Shown in pieces: positions 1 through 10,031 of a stretch of DNA of 64,000 nt. The notes under the pieces are model-generated. The model worked only from the letters and a program-made list of their open reading frames with translations, ran no database searches and had not been told where the DNA came from. The DNA is from Oscillospiraceae bacterium (GTDB lineage: Bacteria > Bacillota > Clostridia > Oscillospirales > Ruminococcaceae), in contig JAEDDN010000003.1 in assembly GCA_016298065.1 (NCBI GenBank), positions 48,281 through 112,280 of the forward strand, written 5' to 3'. The translations under genes and the position numbers were made by a program. Each line of letters begins with the position of its first letter. The stretch's first letter is position 1.

Positions 1-1
1 A

Positions 2-541
2 AGAAATGTTGCGGCAATATTAGACGGTACACTTCTTGCCCGTCAGGCTGGTACTGCAACCATTACCGCAAGTATGGAATATAACGGAATTACATATACC
101 GACAGCGCCGATATTACCGTACTTGTGGCAGATTATTCAGAGCTTAATACTGCTTTGGCTTTAGCTAAAGGGTACAGTCAAGACGACTATACTGTATCGA
201 GCTACAATGCATTAAAAGTAGCGGTGGCGGCAGGCGAGATTTTATTACAAAAGGGTGTAAGGACTCAAAGCGTAATAGATGCGATAACGGCTACTATAAA
301 CAGTGCTATCGCTAATTTAGCTCCGGCAAATGTCGGCCCTGACTATACCGCACTTCACGGTGCGATAACGCTCGCTCAAAGCTATTCTGCTGACGACTAC
401 ACAACTTCAAGCTATAATACACTTAGGGTAGCATTACAGGCAGGCGAACTTATAATAGATCACGGCATAAAAACTCAAAGTATAATAGACTCAATTACCG
501 CTAATATAAATAACGCCGTAAATTCTCTTGAGGCAAAGTAA
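2..541 (+). CDS. C-terminal fragment of a surface/cell-wall protein with Ig-like end and two FIVAR-like repeats (5' end lies outside the window)
   Basis: Frame is open from nt 2. Two ~60-aa repeats with DYTxSSYNxLKVAxxAGE...TQSxIDxIT pattern resembling FIVAR domains. Stop TAA at 539-541. Confidence 0.5.
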   Translation, partial: RNVAAILDGTLLARQAGTATITASMEYNGITYTDSADITVLVADYSELNTALALAKGYSQDDYTVSSYNALKVAVAAGEILLQKGVRTQSVIDAITATINSAIANLAPANVGPDYTALHGAITLAQSYSADDYTTSSYNTLRVALQAGELIIDHGIKTQSIIDSITANINNAVNSLEAK

Positions 542-568
542 AGAGTATTTTAACTAAAAAAATAAAAG

Positions 569-601
569 CGTACCGGTACTTGTGACCGGTACGCTTTTTT
601 A
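569..601. terminator. Bidirectional intrinsic terminator (10-bp stem GCGTACCGGT / ACCGGTACGC, A-run upstream, T-run downstream)
   Basis: Perfect inverted repeat flanked by A6 and T6. It sits between convergent genes. Confidence 0.8.
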
Positions 602-607
602 ATTTTG

Positions 608-1876
608 TTATTTAATTTTTCTTGCTTCCAGATAAAAGCGCTTGTCGCACGCTTCGCCCATTGAAAAGGTCTTTCTCGGCAATGCACCGTCGAGTATAAC
701 CGTTTTAAACAAATCGTTTTTATCCATACAGGGTAATATAAAGCCGATGTTATCGGGCTTTGACGAAAGCTTTTTGACAACGTCCTCGCCGTGTATGTAG
801 TCGGTTTTGCCGCCGTAGGTTTTCATATATTCGTCTAAAAAGCTTTGGAGTGTTCCCACAGCCAAAACCATATTCGGATTAGTTATGGTAATTGTTTTTG
901 TTTCGTTTTCGGTTATGTAGGTTATGGTCTGACCGTCCGTGACACCCTCTTTTATGTCAAAGCGTTTATTAAGCTCGTCTAAAAGGTGAGCAGGGTTTAC
1001 GCCGAAAACAACTCTGTGGATTGCCTCAAATTCCAGTGAAGAGTCGTGTAAGTTTACTAGCTCAATAAGTGCGTATCTTGCAGGGTGATTTAAAGCCTCC
1101 GTGGCAGGTAAGGTTTTCTTTAAATTCTCGTAACATGCTTTTGCGGTTGCAAGCGAATGGTTTCCGTCGCCTACGGCAAACAGCATAGGGGTCTGACCTT
1201 CTACCGAATACTTATTGTTAAAGTATTCTTCGGTGCTCATATCGTTTAAGATAAAGCAGATATTTTTAGCTTGCTCGTCGCTTATTTTATAGCCCTTTAT
1301 ATGACCGCTGTTTTCCATTAAATCAAAGTCATATAAAAGCTCAAAGTCGTCTGTCTTTTGAGCCAAAGGCTCAATAACCTTTTTATCTTCGTCGTCTACA
1401 AGGAGCATTATATGAGGCGTTTCAAGCAAGGCGTTTTGCCTTATTTTAACTCTCGGCGGGATACGCTCCAAAACCGTGCCCTCGGTAGCTCTTATATAAT
1501 TTTTAACTCCCTTTTGATAATCGTACATCTCTAAGTCCACGGCGCCTACAATGCCTTTTCTCACCTTGCCGTTTTTTAAAGTACGCTCAACATAAATAAG
1601 ACTGTTTTTAAGCTCGTCATATACGCCGAGTGAAAAATATTCCTCCATCTTTTCGTTGATGGAGTTTATTTTATTTTCAAAGCCCTCTCTTTCAAGATAA
1701 ACCTCAGGAAAGATAATATTGTAAGCAGAGGGTTTGTCCGATACGTTTTTTTCTACTCTTTCCCAGTACTCAGGCTCCGAAGTGTATTGGTCGCAGGCAA
1801 CTACGCTGTAAAGGGAATAGTCAACCTCTTTTTTCGGTATGAGAATGTTTGCAAAATTAAGATATAAGTTTTCCAT
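608..1876 (-). CDS. Conserved hypothetical protein, possibly DUF1015 family
   Basis: 422-aa ORF with RBS-like GGAGGAC upstream on the minus strand. The N-terminal ACDQYTSEPEYW region resembles the DUF1015 PPYDVIS motif, but the family call is tentative. Confidence 0.45.
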   Translation of the reverse strand: MENLYLNFANILIPKKEVDYSLYSVVACDQYTSEPEYWERVEKNVSDKPSAYNIIFPEVYLEREGFENKINSINEKMEEYFSLGVYDELKNSLIYVERTLKNGKVRKGIVGAVDLEMYDYQKGVKNYIRATEGTVLERIPPRVKIRQNALLETPHIMLLVDDEDKKVIEPLAQKTDDFELLYDFDLMENSGHIKGYKISDEQAKNICFILNDMSTEEYFNNKYSVEGQTPMLFAVGDGNHSLATAKACYENLKKTLPATEALNHPARYALIELVNLHDSSLEFEAIHRVVFGVNPAHLLDELNKRFDIKEGVTDGQTITYITENETKTITITNPNMVLAVGTLQSFLDEYMKTYGGKTDYIHGEDVVKKLSSKPDNIGFILPCMDKNDLFKTVILDGALPRKTFSMGEACDKRFYLEARKIK

Positions 1877-1905
1877 TTTTGTCCTCCGTAAATTATTAAA
1901 AATGC

Positions 1906-2625
1906 TTAGTCTAAATCGCCGTAAGCGTTAATCATAAAAGCAATTTTTTCGCCGTCGGAATCCTTAAAATATATTTCAACTCCACTATTTGAATTGCCGT
2001 TTTCCGCAGGCCATAATGCAACTATACATTCTTCTCCGTCAACTTCATCTTCGGTAGTAGTATAAGCGTCTCCGCCTATAATTGAGCTTATCTGCGAATA
2101 GTTCATACCAAGCTCGATTTCATCATACTCCGAGCTTGAAATACCGTTTGGAAAATCGGAATAGTCAGAGTAACCGCTAAAGTAAGAATTATCGTCATGA
2201 TAACTAAAAGATTCAAAATCAGATATATCAATATTACTATAGAGCCTTGAAGCTAAAACCGTGACGGTTAATAAAAATACGATTAGCATAATCAAAGAGA
2301 TTATAATGCCTATAACCAAAGGAGCTTTGCTCGTTTTTTTAGAAGTGGCTTTATAATCCTGACTTAAAGGCGAGCTCGCATTAGAATAAGAGTTTGCACT
2401 GTATCCCGCAGGTGCACTGATGCTTTGTGCTTTGTAATACTCGTCTACATTTGTTCCGCAGTTTCCGCAAAAAGAACCGTTTGTAACACGATTGCATTTC
2501 GGGCAAACCTTAGGCGCCGAGGTGCCGGAATTATTTAAATTATTAGTTAAAGGCGCATTTTCTTGGTAGTTACAGCGAGGACATTTTTCGCCGTCATATT
2601 CTGTTCCGCAGATTTTACAAATCAA
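1906..2625 (-). CDS. Double zinc-ribbon membrane protein (N-terminal CxxC pairs, one TM, C-terminal extracytoplasmic domain)
   Basis: CKICG...CPRC, CPKC...CGNC motifs, then hydrophobic helix LVIGIIISLIMLIVFLLTVTVLA. Confidence 0.6.
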   Translation of the reverse strand: MICKICGTEYDGEKCPRCNYQENAPLTNNLNNSGTSAPKVCPKCNRVTNGSFCGNCGTNVDEYYKAQSISAPAGYSANSYSNASSPLSQDYKATSKKTSKAPLVIGIIISLIMLIVFLLTVTVLASRLYSNIDISDFESFSYHDDNSYFSGYSDYSDFPNGISSSEYDEIELGMNYSQISSIIGGDAYTTTEDEVDGEECIVALWPAENGNSNSGVEIYFKDSDGEKIAFMINAYGDLD

Positions 2626-2865
2626 AATATCATCTCCATAAGATAGTTTTTTAAAAATATACGTTATTTTTCTTTTCGGAATAATCCCATTATACCAAAA
2701 TAAATAAGGTTAGTAAATACAATATAAGATTTTTTAAAAACGCTTAAAAATGGGTTGATTTTTTAAAAAATTGCCATAAGTTTGTAATGTTTGCTTGTTT
2801 TAAGTGATTCGCTTAGTGTAAAAGAAAAAAATTTTAAAAAAATATAAAAAAATATAGATAAACAC

Positions 2866-2894
2866 TTGCTTTATTTGCGCTAAGTGGTTATAAT
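2866..2894 (+). promoter_or_regulatory. Putative sigmaA promoter of the dcw cluster (TTGCTT-17 bp-TATAAT)
   Basis: Consensus -35/-10 with 17-bp spacer 86 nt upstream of mraZ. Confidence 0.5.
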
Positions 2895-2904
2895 AAAGTT
2901 AACG

Positions 2905-2931
2905 GTGGTTGATTTAGGTGACTAATGGTGA
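2905..2931 (+). promoter_or_regulatory. Three direct GTGG/GTGA repeats at 10-13 bp spacing in the mraZ leader; candidate MraZ operator
   Basis: GTGGttgatttagGTGActaatgGTGA between promoter and mraZ. MraZ is known to bind short direct G-rich repeats at its own promoter. Confidence 0.3.
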
Positions 2932-2979
2932 ACAATACCTAATGTCCATCAATTTTAACTTACGAAAGGTGGGGAAAAT

Positions 2980-3402
2980 ATGCTCATAGGTGAATATAAC
3001 TGCAATACCGATATTAAGGGCAGGTTAAATTTCCCTGCTAAACTGCGTGAGGATTTAGGGGACAAGTTCATCATATCAAAAGCATTAAACGATAGCTGCC
3101 TGTGTGTTTATTCCATAGAAGAATGGAATGTAATGGCCACTAAAATAAAATCCCTGCCTATGTCAAAGGGAAGAAACATACAAAGGCATTTCTTCTCCAG
3201 CGCAACTGAGGTTGAGCCTGATAAGCAAGGCAGAATAGTAATACCGCAAGGCCTTAGAAAATATGCTCAGATTGAAAAGGAAACCACGATTATAGGTATG
3301 TCTACATATTGCGAAATATGGAGCAGTGCTAACTGGCATGATTTCTGCGAGGCTACCGATACAGAGGATATGAGCGAAGAAATGGAAGAGCTGGGCATTT
3401 AA
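2980..3402 (+). CDS. mraZ: Transcriptional regulator MraZ
   Basis: 140 aa, strong RBS GGTGGGG, first gene of dcw cluster, duplicated MraZ-type halves. Confidence 0.9.
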   Translation: MLIGEYNCNTDIKGRLNFPAKLREDLGDKFIISKALNDSCLCVYSIEEWNVMATKIKSLPMSKGRNIQRHFFSSATEVEPDKQGRIVIPQGLRKYAQIEKETTIIGMSTYCEIWSSANWHDFCEATDTEDMSEEMEELGI

Positions 3403-3414
3403 AGGAGCAGGCAA

Positions 3415-4338
3415 ATGGAATTTGAACACATTTCTGTTTTGCTTAATGAGTGTATAAATTCGCTTAATATAAAACAAGACGGCGTTTACATTGACGGCAC
3501 GGCAGGCGGAGCAGGTCATTCGCTTGAGATAGCAAAAAGATTAAAAGACGGAAAGTTATTTGCACTTGACAGAGACCCGGACGCTGTTAAAGCCAGCACC
3601 GAGCGACTGGGAAAATACAAAAACGCCAAGGTAATAAAGGCAAACTTCTGTGATATGAAAAACGTACTCGAGAATGAGGGCGTAAACGGCGTAGACGGAG
3701 TGTTACTCGATTTGGGAGTATCGTCACATCAGCTTGATACCGCCGAGCGAGGCTTTAGCTACCATACCGACGCACCGCTTGATATGAGAATGTCGCAGTC
3801 GGGCATTACCGCAAAGGACATAGTAAACACCTATTCGCCTGACGACTTAACGAGAATACTTTTAGATTACGGGGAAGAAAAATTTGCCCGAAGGATAGCG
3901 CTTAAAATCGACGAGAAAAGAAAGATAAAGCCGATAGAGACTACCCTACAGCTTGCCGAGATAATAAAGGAAGCTTATCCTGCGGCGGCAAGGCGTGAAA
4001 AAAATCCCTGCAAGCGTTCGTTCCAGGCTATACGAATAGCCGTTAATTCAGAGCTTGAGGCATTAAAAGAAGGGCTTGAAGGTGCATTTTCGCTTTTAAA
4101 CCCGGGCGGAAGAATAGCGGTAATAACCTTCCATTCCTTAGAGGACAGAATAGTAAAGCAAATATTTTTAAACTGGTGCAAGGGTTGCACCTGTCCGCCG
4201 GATTTTCCGGTGTGCGTATGCGGTAATAAGCCTAAGGCAAGGCTTGTTAACAAAAAACCGATAACCGCTTCAGGCGAGGAGTTAAGTTTAAACAACCGTA
4301 GCAGAAGCGCAAAACTAAGAGTTATAGAAAAGTTATAG
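3415..4338 (+). CDS. rsmH: 16S rRNA m4C1402 methyltransferase RsmH
   Basis: 307 aa, SAM-MTase motifs (DGTAGGAGHS), position after mraZ. TAG stop. Confidence 0.9.
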   Translation: MEFEHISVLLNECINSLNIKQDGVYIDGTAGGAGHSLEIAKRLKDGKLFALDRDPDAVKASTERLGKYKNAKVIKANFCDMKNVLENEGVNGVDGVLLDLGVSSHQLDTAERGFSYHTDAPLDMRMSQSGITAKDIVNTYSPDDLTRILLDYGEEKFARRIALKIDEKRKIKPIETTLQLAEIIKEAYPAAARREKNPCKRSFQAIRIAVNSELEALKEGLEGAFSLLNPGGRIAVITFHSLEDRIVKQIFLNWCKGCTCPPDFPVCVCGNKPKARLVNKKPITASGEELSLNNRSRSAKLRVIEKL

Positions 4339-4362
4339 ATATAAAGTAAAGGGGAAGTTAAA

Positions 4363-4833
4363 ATGAGTAAAAATTCAAACCTTGCTTATGCCATTAAGGC
4401 TTTTGAGCAGGAAGAGAAAAAGCTCACGCCGCAGATTCGTGAAGTACAAAAAGCTAAGCCTAAGGCAAGCAAGCTTTCGTCGCTAAAGGTTGTTTTTGCG
4501 ATGCTTTACATCTTTGCGCTTTGCAGCGGACTTTTATACGGCAAAGTAGTTTTAGCCGAAAAAACCTCTTTACTTTCCGAAAAAGAAACCGAGCTTCAGG
4601 AGGTTTTGAGCGAGTCGACAAGACTGGGACTTAAGCTTGACAATATGATTTCGCTAAACAGCCTCGAAAAACAAGCCACCGAACAATACGGCTTGAGCGA
4701 GGTATCTGCAAATCAGGTAAATTACATTGTGGTTGAACAGGACAACATCATAGAAGTGGAAAATGAAAACCTTTCTTTTATGGACAAGTTATCACAAGCC
4801 TATGATTCCTTTGTGGAATACATTAAGGGTTAA
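4363..4833 (+). CDS. ftsL: Cell division protein FtsL-like (single TM, coiled coil)
   Basis: 156 aa, bitopic topology, position between rsmH and PBP. Confidence 0.6.
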   Translation: MSKNSNLAYAIKAFEQEEKKLTPQIREVQKAKPKASKLSSLKVVFAMLYIFALCSGLLYGKVVLAEKTSLLSEKETELQEVLSESTRLGLKLDNMISLNSLEKQATEQYGLSEVSANQVNYIVVEQDNIIEVENENLSFMDKLSQAYDSFVEYIKG

Positions 4834-4937
4834 ACTAATATGAATATATAAAGAAAAAGGGTTAGAAATTATTTTAACCCTTCTTTGCTTTTTAAAAGCT
4901 GTTTTGATTTATGCCAATGGCATAAGAGGTGATATTT

Positions 4938-7169
4938 TTGGCAAGTCAAGTCAATAAAAAGATGAAATTCAAGCTCAATGTAGTAGTTACTATAGTGCTT
5001 GTGGTTTTTGTGTTATATATAATTTACAATATGTTAAGCGTTGTGTTTAATCCCTTTTACAGAGAATACGCAAACGACCAACAGCTAACCTCTACTACCA
5101 TAAACGCAAACAGAGGTACCGTTTACGACACTAATATGAACATATTGGCGCAAAGCACAACTGTATGGAATGTACAGATTACGCCCTCAAATATAGCTAA
5201 AGAGGACAAGGAACTTGTAGCAAGCTTTTTGTCAGAGCTTTTAAAGCTTGACTACAACGAGGTTTACGAAAAGGTTTGTCAGGACAATAACTATGCGATG
5301 ATAGCCAAAAAAATAGATAAGGTCACCGCAGACGAGATAAGAGAGTTTAAAAGCGAGCACGATATTTTTGCCATACATCTTATTGAGGATACAAAAAGAT
5401 ATTATCCGAATAACGAGCTTGCCTGTCATATAATAGGCTTTGTCGGCAACGATAATCAGGGGCTTTACGGCGTGGAGAAGTATTACGACGAGGTGTTGCA
5501 GGGTACTCCCGGTAAGATTATGTCTGCAACCGACGCTAAGGGCAACGCCATAGCCACAACCTACGAGGAAACACACGACGCAGTAGACGGCAACAGCATT
5601 GTTTTAACGGTAGACCAAACAATACAGTATTATACCGAAAAGGCGCTTGAGGTAACCTTTAACGACAACCTTCCCGCTCAGGGCTGTTGCGCCATTGTTA
5701 TGAACGTAAACACAGGTGAAATTCTCGCAATGGCAAACTATCCTAATTACGATTTAAACGACCCGTGGAGCATATATACCGAGTATCTGCAAAACTTAAT
5801 GATAACAGATGAAGAACCCGAGAGCCAAGACGAGTCGCAACAGAGCACAAACGAGGATAAAGAGAAATATACAAAGGGCGAATTACAGCTTATTCAGTGG
5901 AGTAACAAAGCCATAGAAAAGGCTTATGAGCCGGGTTCTGTATTTAAGGTAATAACAGCGGCTTCTGCGCTTGACAGCGGAGCCGTAACTATGCACTCTA
6001 CCTTTAGCTGTTCAGGCAGAATGACCGTGGCAAACCGTGTTATGAGCTGTCATAACACAAGCGGACACGGCGTGCTTGATTTAACCGGCGCAATAGTTAA
6101 CTCCTGTAACCCCGCCTTTATTCAGATAGGTTCTGCGCTGGGAAGTGAACGCTTCAGCGAATATTTAAGACTTTTCGGCATTACCGAAAAAACAGGCATA
6201 GACTTAAACGGCGAGGGTCAAGGCCTTTATATCAGCGAAGAAAATATGGGAGTAGTAGAGCTTGCCAGCTCCTCCTTCGGTCAGACCACAACCGTAACCG
6301 GTATACAGATGATTTCCGCAATTTCAGCTGCCGTAAACGGCGGATATCTTGTTCAGCCACACGTTTTAAAAGAGGTTATTGACGTTGACGGAAACATAGT
6401 AGAAACCGTAGGCACTACCATAAAAAGACAGGTTATCTCCGAGGATATTTCCGAAGGGTTAAACGTAGCTTTGCAGGCAATGGTTGAGGCAAACGGCGGT
6501 AGTACGGCTTATGTTCAGGGTTATAGCATAGGCGGAAAATCGGGTACCTCTCAAAAGAGAAACCAAAACGGTATATATGTCGGCTCTTTTGCGGCGTTTG
6601 CACCGGTTGAATCGCCCGAAATAGCGGTTATAGTCATAGTTGACGAGCCGACACAGGGCGCATATTACGGCGCTGCCGTTGCAGGCCCTGTAGTAAAAAT
6701 GATTATGGAGGACACTCTTCCGTATCTTGGATATTCAAAGGAATACACCGCCGAAGAGTTAGCACAGATAGAAAACAGCGTACCTAATGTTATAAATAAC
6801 GACGTTGCGGCGGCAAAAACTCTTATAGATTCTTTGGGACTTACCACACAGGTAATAGGCGACGGCGATAAGGTAATAGACCAAACTCCACGAGTTGGTT
6901 CTACTATAGCAAGCGGCGGTAAGATAATTCTCTATACTACCGAGAATTATACTCAACAGACTACTACGGTTCCTAATGTTGTGGGGCTTACCCCGTCCGA
7001 AGCAAACAGACTTCTTATAAACGCAGGGCTTAACGTAAGCTTCAGCGGAGGAAGCGACGGTTCAAATAATACCACCGCTACCGTAACGGCGCAAAGTGTA
7101 GCGGCCGATACCGAAGTAGCAGTCGGCACGGTAGTACAAATTACCTACAGTCACGTTGCGGCAGACTAA
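4938..7169 (+). CDS. Class B penicillin-binding protein (FtsI/SpoVD-type) with two C-terminal PASTA domains
   Basis: SxxK (SVFK), SxN (SCN), KSG (KSGT) motifs and two PASTA repeats. Start ambiguous: GTG 4929, TTG 4938 or ATG 4962. RBS AAGAGGTG sits at 4924-4931. Confidence 0.85.
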   Translation: MASQVNKKMKFKLNVVVTIVLVVFVLYIIYNMLSVVFNPFYREYANDQQLTSTTINANRGTVYDTNMNILAQSTTVWNVQITPSNIAKEDKELVASFLSELLKLDYNEVYEKVCQDNNYAMIAKKIDKVTADEIREFKSEHDIFAIHLIEDTKRYYPNNELACHIIGFVGNDNQGLYGVEKYYDEVLQGTPGKIMSATDAKGNAIATTYEETHDAVDGNSIVLTVDQTIQYYTEKALEVTFNDNLPAQGCCAIVMNVNTGEILAMANYPNYDLNDPWSIYTEYLQNLMITDEEPESQDESQQSTNEDKEKYTKGELQLIQWSNKAIEKAYEPGSVFKVITAASALDSGAVTMHSTFSCSGRMTVANRVMSCHNTSGHGVLDLTGAIVNSCNPAFIQIGSALGSERFSEYLRLFGITEKTGIDLNGEGQGLYISEENMGVVELASSSFGQTTTVTGIQMISAISAAVNGGYLVQPHVLKEVIDVDGNIVETVGTTIKRQVISEDISEGLNVALQAMVEANGGSTAYVQGYSIGGKSGTSQKRNQNGIYVGSFAAFAPVESPEIAVIVIVDEPTQGAYYGAAVAGPVVKMIMEDTLPYLGYSKEYTAEELAQIENSVPNVINNDVAAAKTLIDSLGLTTQVIGDGDKVIDQTPRVGSTIASGGKIILYTTENYTQQTTTVPNVVGLTPSEANRLLINAGLNVSFSGGSDGSNNTTATVTAQSVAADTEVAVGTVVQITYSHVAAD

Positions 7170-7193
7170 CATAGTTAAAGAGGGTTTTAAAAA

Positions 7194-8648
7194 ATGATGT
7201 TATCGAAGTTACTTAAAGGCGTAAACGTATTATCGGAATATAACGATACCGATATAAAGGATATAAAAAATAACTCAAAACTTGTCGGTAAAAACGACCT
7301 TTATATAGCTATAAAGGGCACAAACGCAGACGGTCACAGCTATGTGGGTATGGCGCTCGAAAACGGTGCGGCGGCAGTTATAGTAGAACGTGATATGGGC
7401 GTAAAAAACCAAGTCATAGTCGATAACACAAAGCACGCTTATGCTATTATCTGCGCAAATTATTTCGATAACCCCTCTAAAAAATTAAAGCTTGTCGGCG
7501 TTACAGGTACAAACGGCAAAACCTCGGTAACTACAATAGTAAAAAGTATTTTGGAATACTGCGGATATACCACAGGCCTTATCGGCACCATAAGAATAGA
7601 ATATGCCGATACGGTAAAGCCAAATCCAAATACCACTCCGGACGCATATCTTTTTCAGTCAACGCTTAACGATATGGTAAACGCAGGCTGTAAGTATGCA
7701 GTATCGGAGATTTCCTCTCACGCCTTGGCACAGGACAGAATATACGGCTGTCATTTTGACGTTGCGGCGTTTACCAATTTAACACAGGATCACCTTGACT
7801 ATCATAAGGATATGGAGGACTATTTTTTAGCAAAAACAAAGCTCTTTTCAATGTGCGATAAGGCAGTAATAAATATATCCGATCCATACGGCAAAAGACT
7901 TAAAAAGATGTTTGATAACACTTCTTACGGCTTTTCGGTATCGGATAAAGACGCTTACTTTTATGCGGATAATATTTTAAGCTTTGCCGACAGAGTTGAG
8001 TTTAACCTAAATTATAACGGCAAAACCGACTCGATACGTTTTGCAATTCCGGGTCTTTACTCGGTGGAAAACGCCCTGACCGCCATAGGAATTTGCGATT
8101 TGTTGGGTATTGAAAGGGAAAAGATTATAAACGGACTTGCGACCGTAAACGGCATTTCGGGCAGAAGCGAGATACTTTATTCCGACGCTCAAAAGGTACT
8201 GATGAGAGATTATGCTCATACTCCTGACGGTATAGAAAATATTTTATCAAGCGTTAAAGGCTACGCAAAGGGCAGGGTAGTGGCACTTTTCGGTTGCGGA
8301 GGCGACCGTGACAGGCTAAAACGTCCTTTAATGGCAAAGGCGTGCGAAAAATATGCAGATTTTATTATAGTAACCTCGGATAACCCAAGAAGCGAAGAGC
8401 CAGACGCAATAATTGACGACATTATTAAGGGCTTTGATAAGGCTACCGAATATATAAGAATAACCGACAGATATAAAGCGATAGAGTATGCGGTAGATAA
8501 CGCACAACAAGACGATACGATTGTGCTTTTAGGCAAGGGCCACGAGGACTATCAGATTTTAAAGGATAAGACCATTCACTTTGACGAAAAGGAAGTAGTA
8601 AATGAAATAATGGCGGCAAGAAACACTTCACAGGAGGCAAATAGATGA
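7194..8648 (+). CDS. murE: UDP-N-acetylmuramoyl-L-alanyl-D-glutamate--2,6-diaminopimelate ligase
   Basis: 484 aa, Mur ligase P-loop GVTGTNGKTS, dcw position. Confidence 0.9.
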   Translation: MMLSKLLKGVNVLSEYNDTDIKDIKNNSKLVGKNDLYIAIKGTNADGHSYVGMALENGAAAVIVERDMGVKNQVIVDNTKHAYAIICANYFDNPSKKLKLVGVTGTNGKTSVTTIVKSILEYCGYTTGLIGTIRIEYADTVKPNPNTTPDAYLFQSTLNDMVNAGCKYAVSEISSHALAQDRIYGCHFDVAAFTNLTQDHLDYHKDMEDYFLAKTKLFSMCDKAVINISDPYGKRLKKMFDNTSYGFSVSDKDAYFYADNILSFADRVEFNLNYNGKTDSIRFAIPGLYSVENALTAIGICDLLGIEREKIINGLATVNGISGRSEILYSDAQKVLMRDYAHTPDGIENILSSVKGYAKGRVVALFGCGGDRDRLKRPLMAKACEKYADFIIVTSDNPRSEEPDAIIDDIIKGFDKATEYIRITDRYKAIEYAVDNAQQDDTIVLLGKGHEDYQILKDKTIHFDEKEVVNEIMAARNTSQEANR

Positions 8649-10003
8649 AACAGCTGACGCTTTCTCAAATAACAAATGCGGTTGGCGGAATACTGAATGT
8701 AAACTGCGATGATTACATTACCGACGTCTGTACAGATACAAGAAAAATCACAAAAGGCTGTCTTTTTATAGCCATATCGGGCGAAAATTTTGACGGACAC
8801 GATTTTATAAATACGGCGTTTGAAAACGGCGCAAAAGCGGTAATGAGCAGTAAGCTTTTGCATACCGACAAGCCCGTTATACTGGTTAAGGATACGAGAA
8901 TAGCTTACGGAAAGCTTGCAAGCTATTATAAAGGGCTTTTTAACATATTTTGCGTGGGGGTTACAGGCAGCGTAGGCAAAACCTCTACAAAAGAAATGAT
9001 AAGCACCGTTATGAGCAAAAAATATGACGTTTTAAAGACGCAAGGCAACTTTAATAACGATATAGGCTTGCCGAGAACGCTTTTGAGCTTGGAGCAAAAC
9101 CATACGGGCGCAGTTATCGAAATGGGAATGTCCTCACTCGGTGAAATAAGCTATTTAAGTAAAATCACAAAGCCTGACTTGGCGGTAATTACTAATGTAG
9201 GCGTATCGCATATTGAAAATTTAAAAACCAGAGAAAACATTTTAAAGGCAAAGCTTGAAATCTTGGACGGAATGAAAGAAACCTCAAAGGTTATCTTAAA
9301 CGCCGATAACGATATGCTATTTAGCGTTAAGGATATTTTAGGCGACAGAGCGCTTTATTTCGGAATAGACACCCCCGCACTCGTTACGGCAAGCGATATA
9401 AAGGTTTCGGGCGACAGTACGGAATTTAAAATAAATTATGATAATAAAAGCTATAATGCTGTAGTGGGCGTAGTGGGCGTTCACAATGTGTATAATGCGC
9501 TTGCAGGCTTTTTGGTGGGTGTGCAGATAGGTTTAAGCCCCGAAAAAATAATAGAAGCTATAGCAGAATATAAAAATGCAAATATGCGCCAGACCATAAA
9601 GGACTGTAACGGCATAAAGGTTATAGAGGACTGCTATAACGCAAGCCCCGATTCAATGAAATCTGCGCTTGAAGTTATATCGTCGGTGGAATGTGACGGA
9701 AAAAGGATTGCGGTTTTGGGCGATATGCTTGAGCTTGGAAGCTTAAGCAGTGATATGCATACCGACGTAGGCAAGCTTGCGGCTGAGTCAAATATAGATA
9801 TGCTGTTATGCTACGGCGAGCTGTCAGAAAATATAATTAAAGGCGCTAAACAAAACGGCCTTTTTGACGCTTTGCATTTTAGCGACAAAGATAAGCTTGC
9901 CGATTACATAAGAAAAAGCGTCAAAAAAGGCGATGCTATTATCTTTAAGGCAAGCAGAGGTATGAGATTAGAGGAAGTTATAAAACTGGCTTTTGAGCAA
10001 TAA
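8645..10003 (+). CDS. murF: UDP-N-acetylmuramoyl-tripeptide--D-alanyl-D-alanine ligase
   Basis: 452 aa, Mur ligase P-loop GVTGSVGKTS, overlaps murE stop by 4 nt. Confidence 0.9.
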   Translation: MKQLTLSQITNAVGGILNVNCDDYITDVCTDTRKITKGCLFIAISGENFDGHDFINTAFENGAKAVMSSKLLHTDKPVILVKDTRIAYGKLASYYKGLFNIFCVGVTGSVGKTSTKEMISTVMSKKYDVLKTQGNFNNDIGLPRTLLSLEQNHTGAVIEMGMSSLGEISYLSKITKPDLAVITNVGVSHIENLKTRENILKAKLEILDGMKETSKVILNADNDMLFSVKDILGDRALYFGIDTPALVTASDIKVSGDSTEFKINYDNKSYNAVVGVVGVHNVYNALAGFLVGVQIGLSPEKIIEAIAEYKNANMRQTIKDCNGIKVIEDCYNASPDSMKSALEVISSVECDGKRIAVLGDMLELGSLSSDMHTDVGKLAAESNIDMLLCYGELSENIIKGAKQNGLFDALHFSDKDKLADYIRKSVKKGDAIIFKASRGMRLEEVIKLAFEQ

Positions 10004-10031
10004 AGCAGTACAACACGGGAGGAACTTTTAA

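Noticed and set aside
550-780. 76-aa minus-strand ORF at 550-780
   Set aside because: It is out of frame with, and overlaps, the 3' end of the better-supported 422-aa ORF. Its start lies in the terminator hairpin.
3163-3519. 118-aa minus-strand ORF overlapping mraZ/rsmH, plus many other short antisense ORFs in the track (e.g. 5241-5576, 8007-8863, 12419-12832, 17190-17885, 25055-25434, 27121-27510, 56207-58135)
   Set aside because: They lie antisense inside strongly supported conserved genes and lack RBSs. They are typical shadow ORFs.
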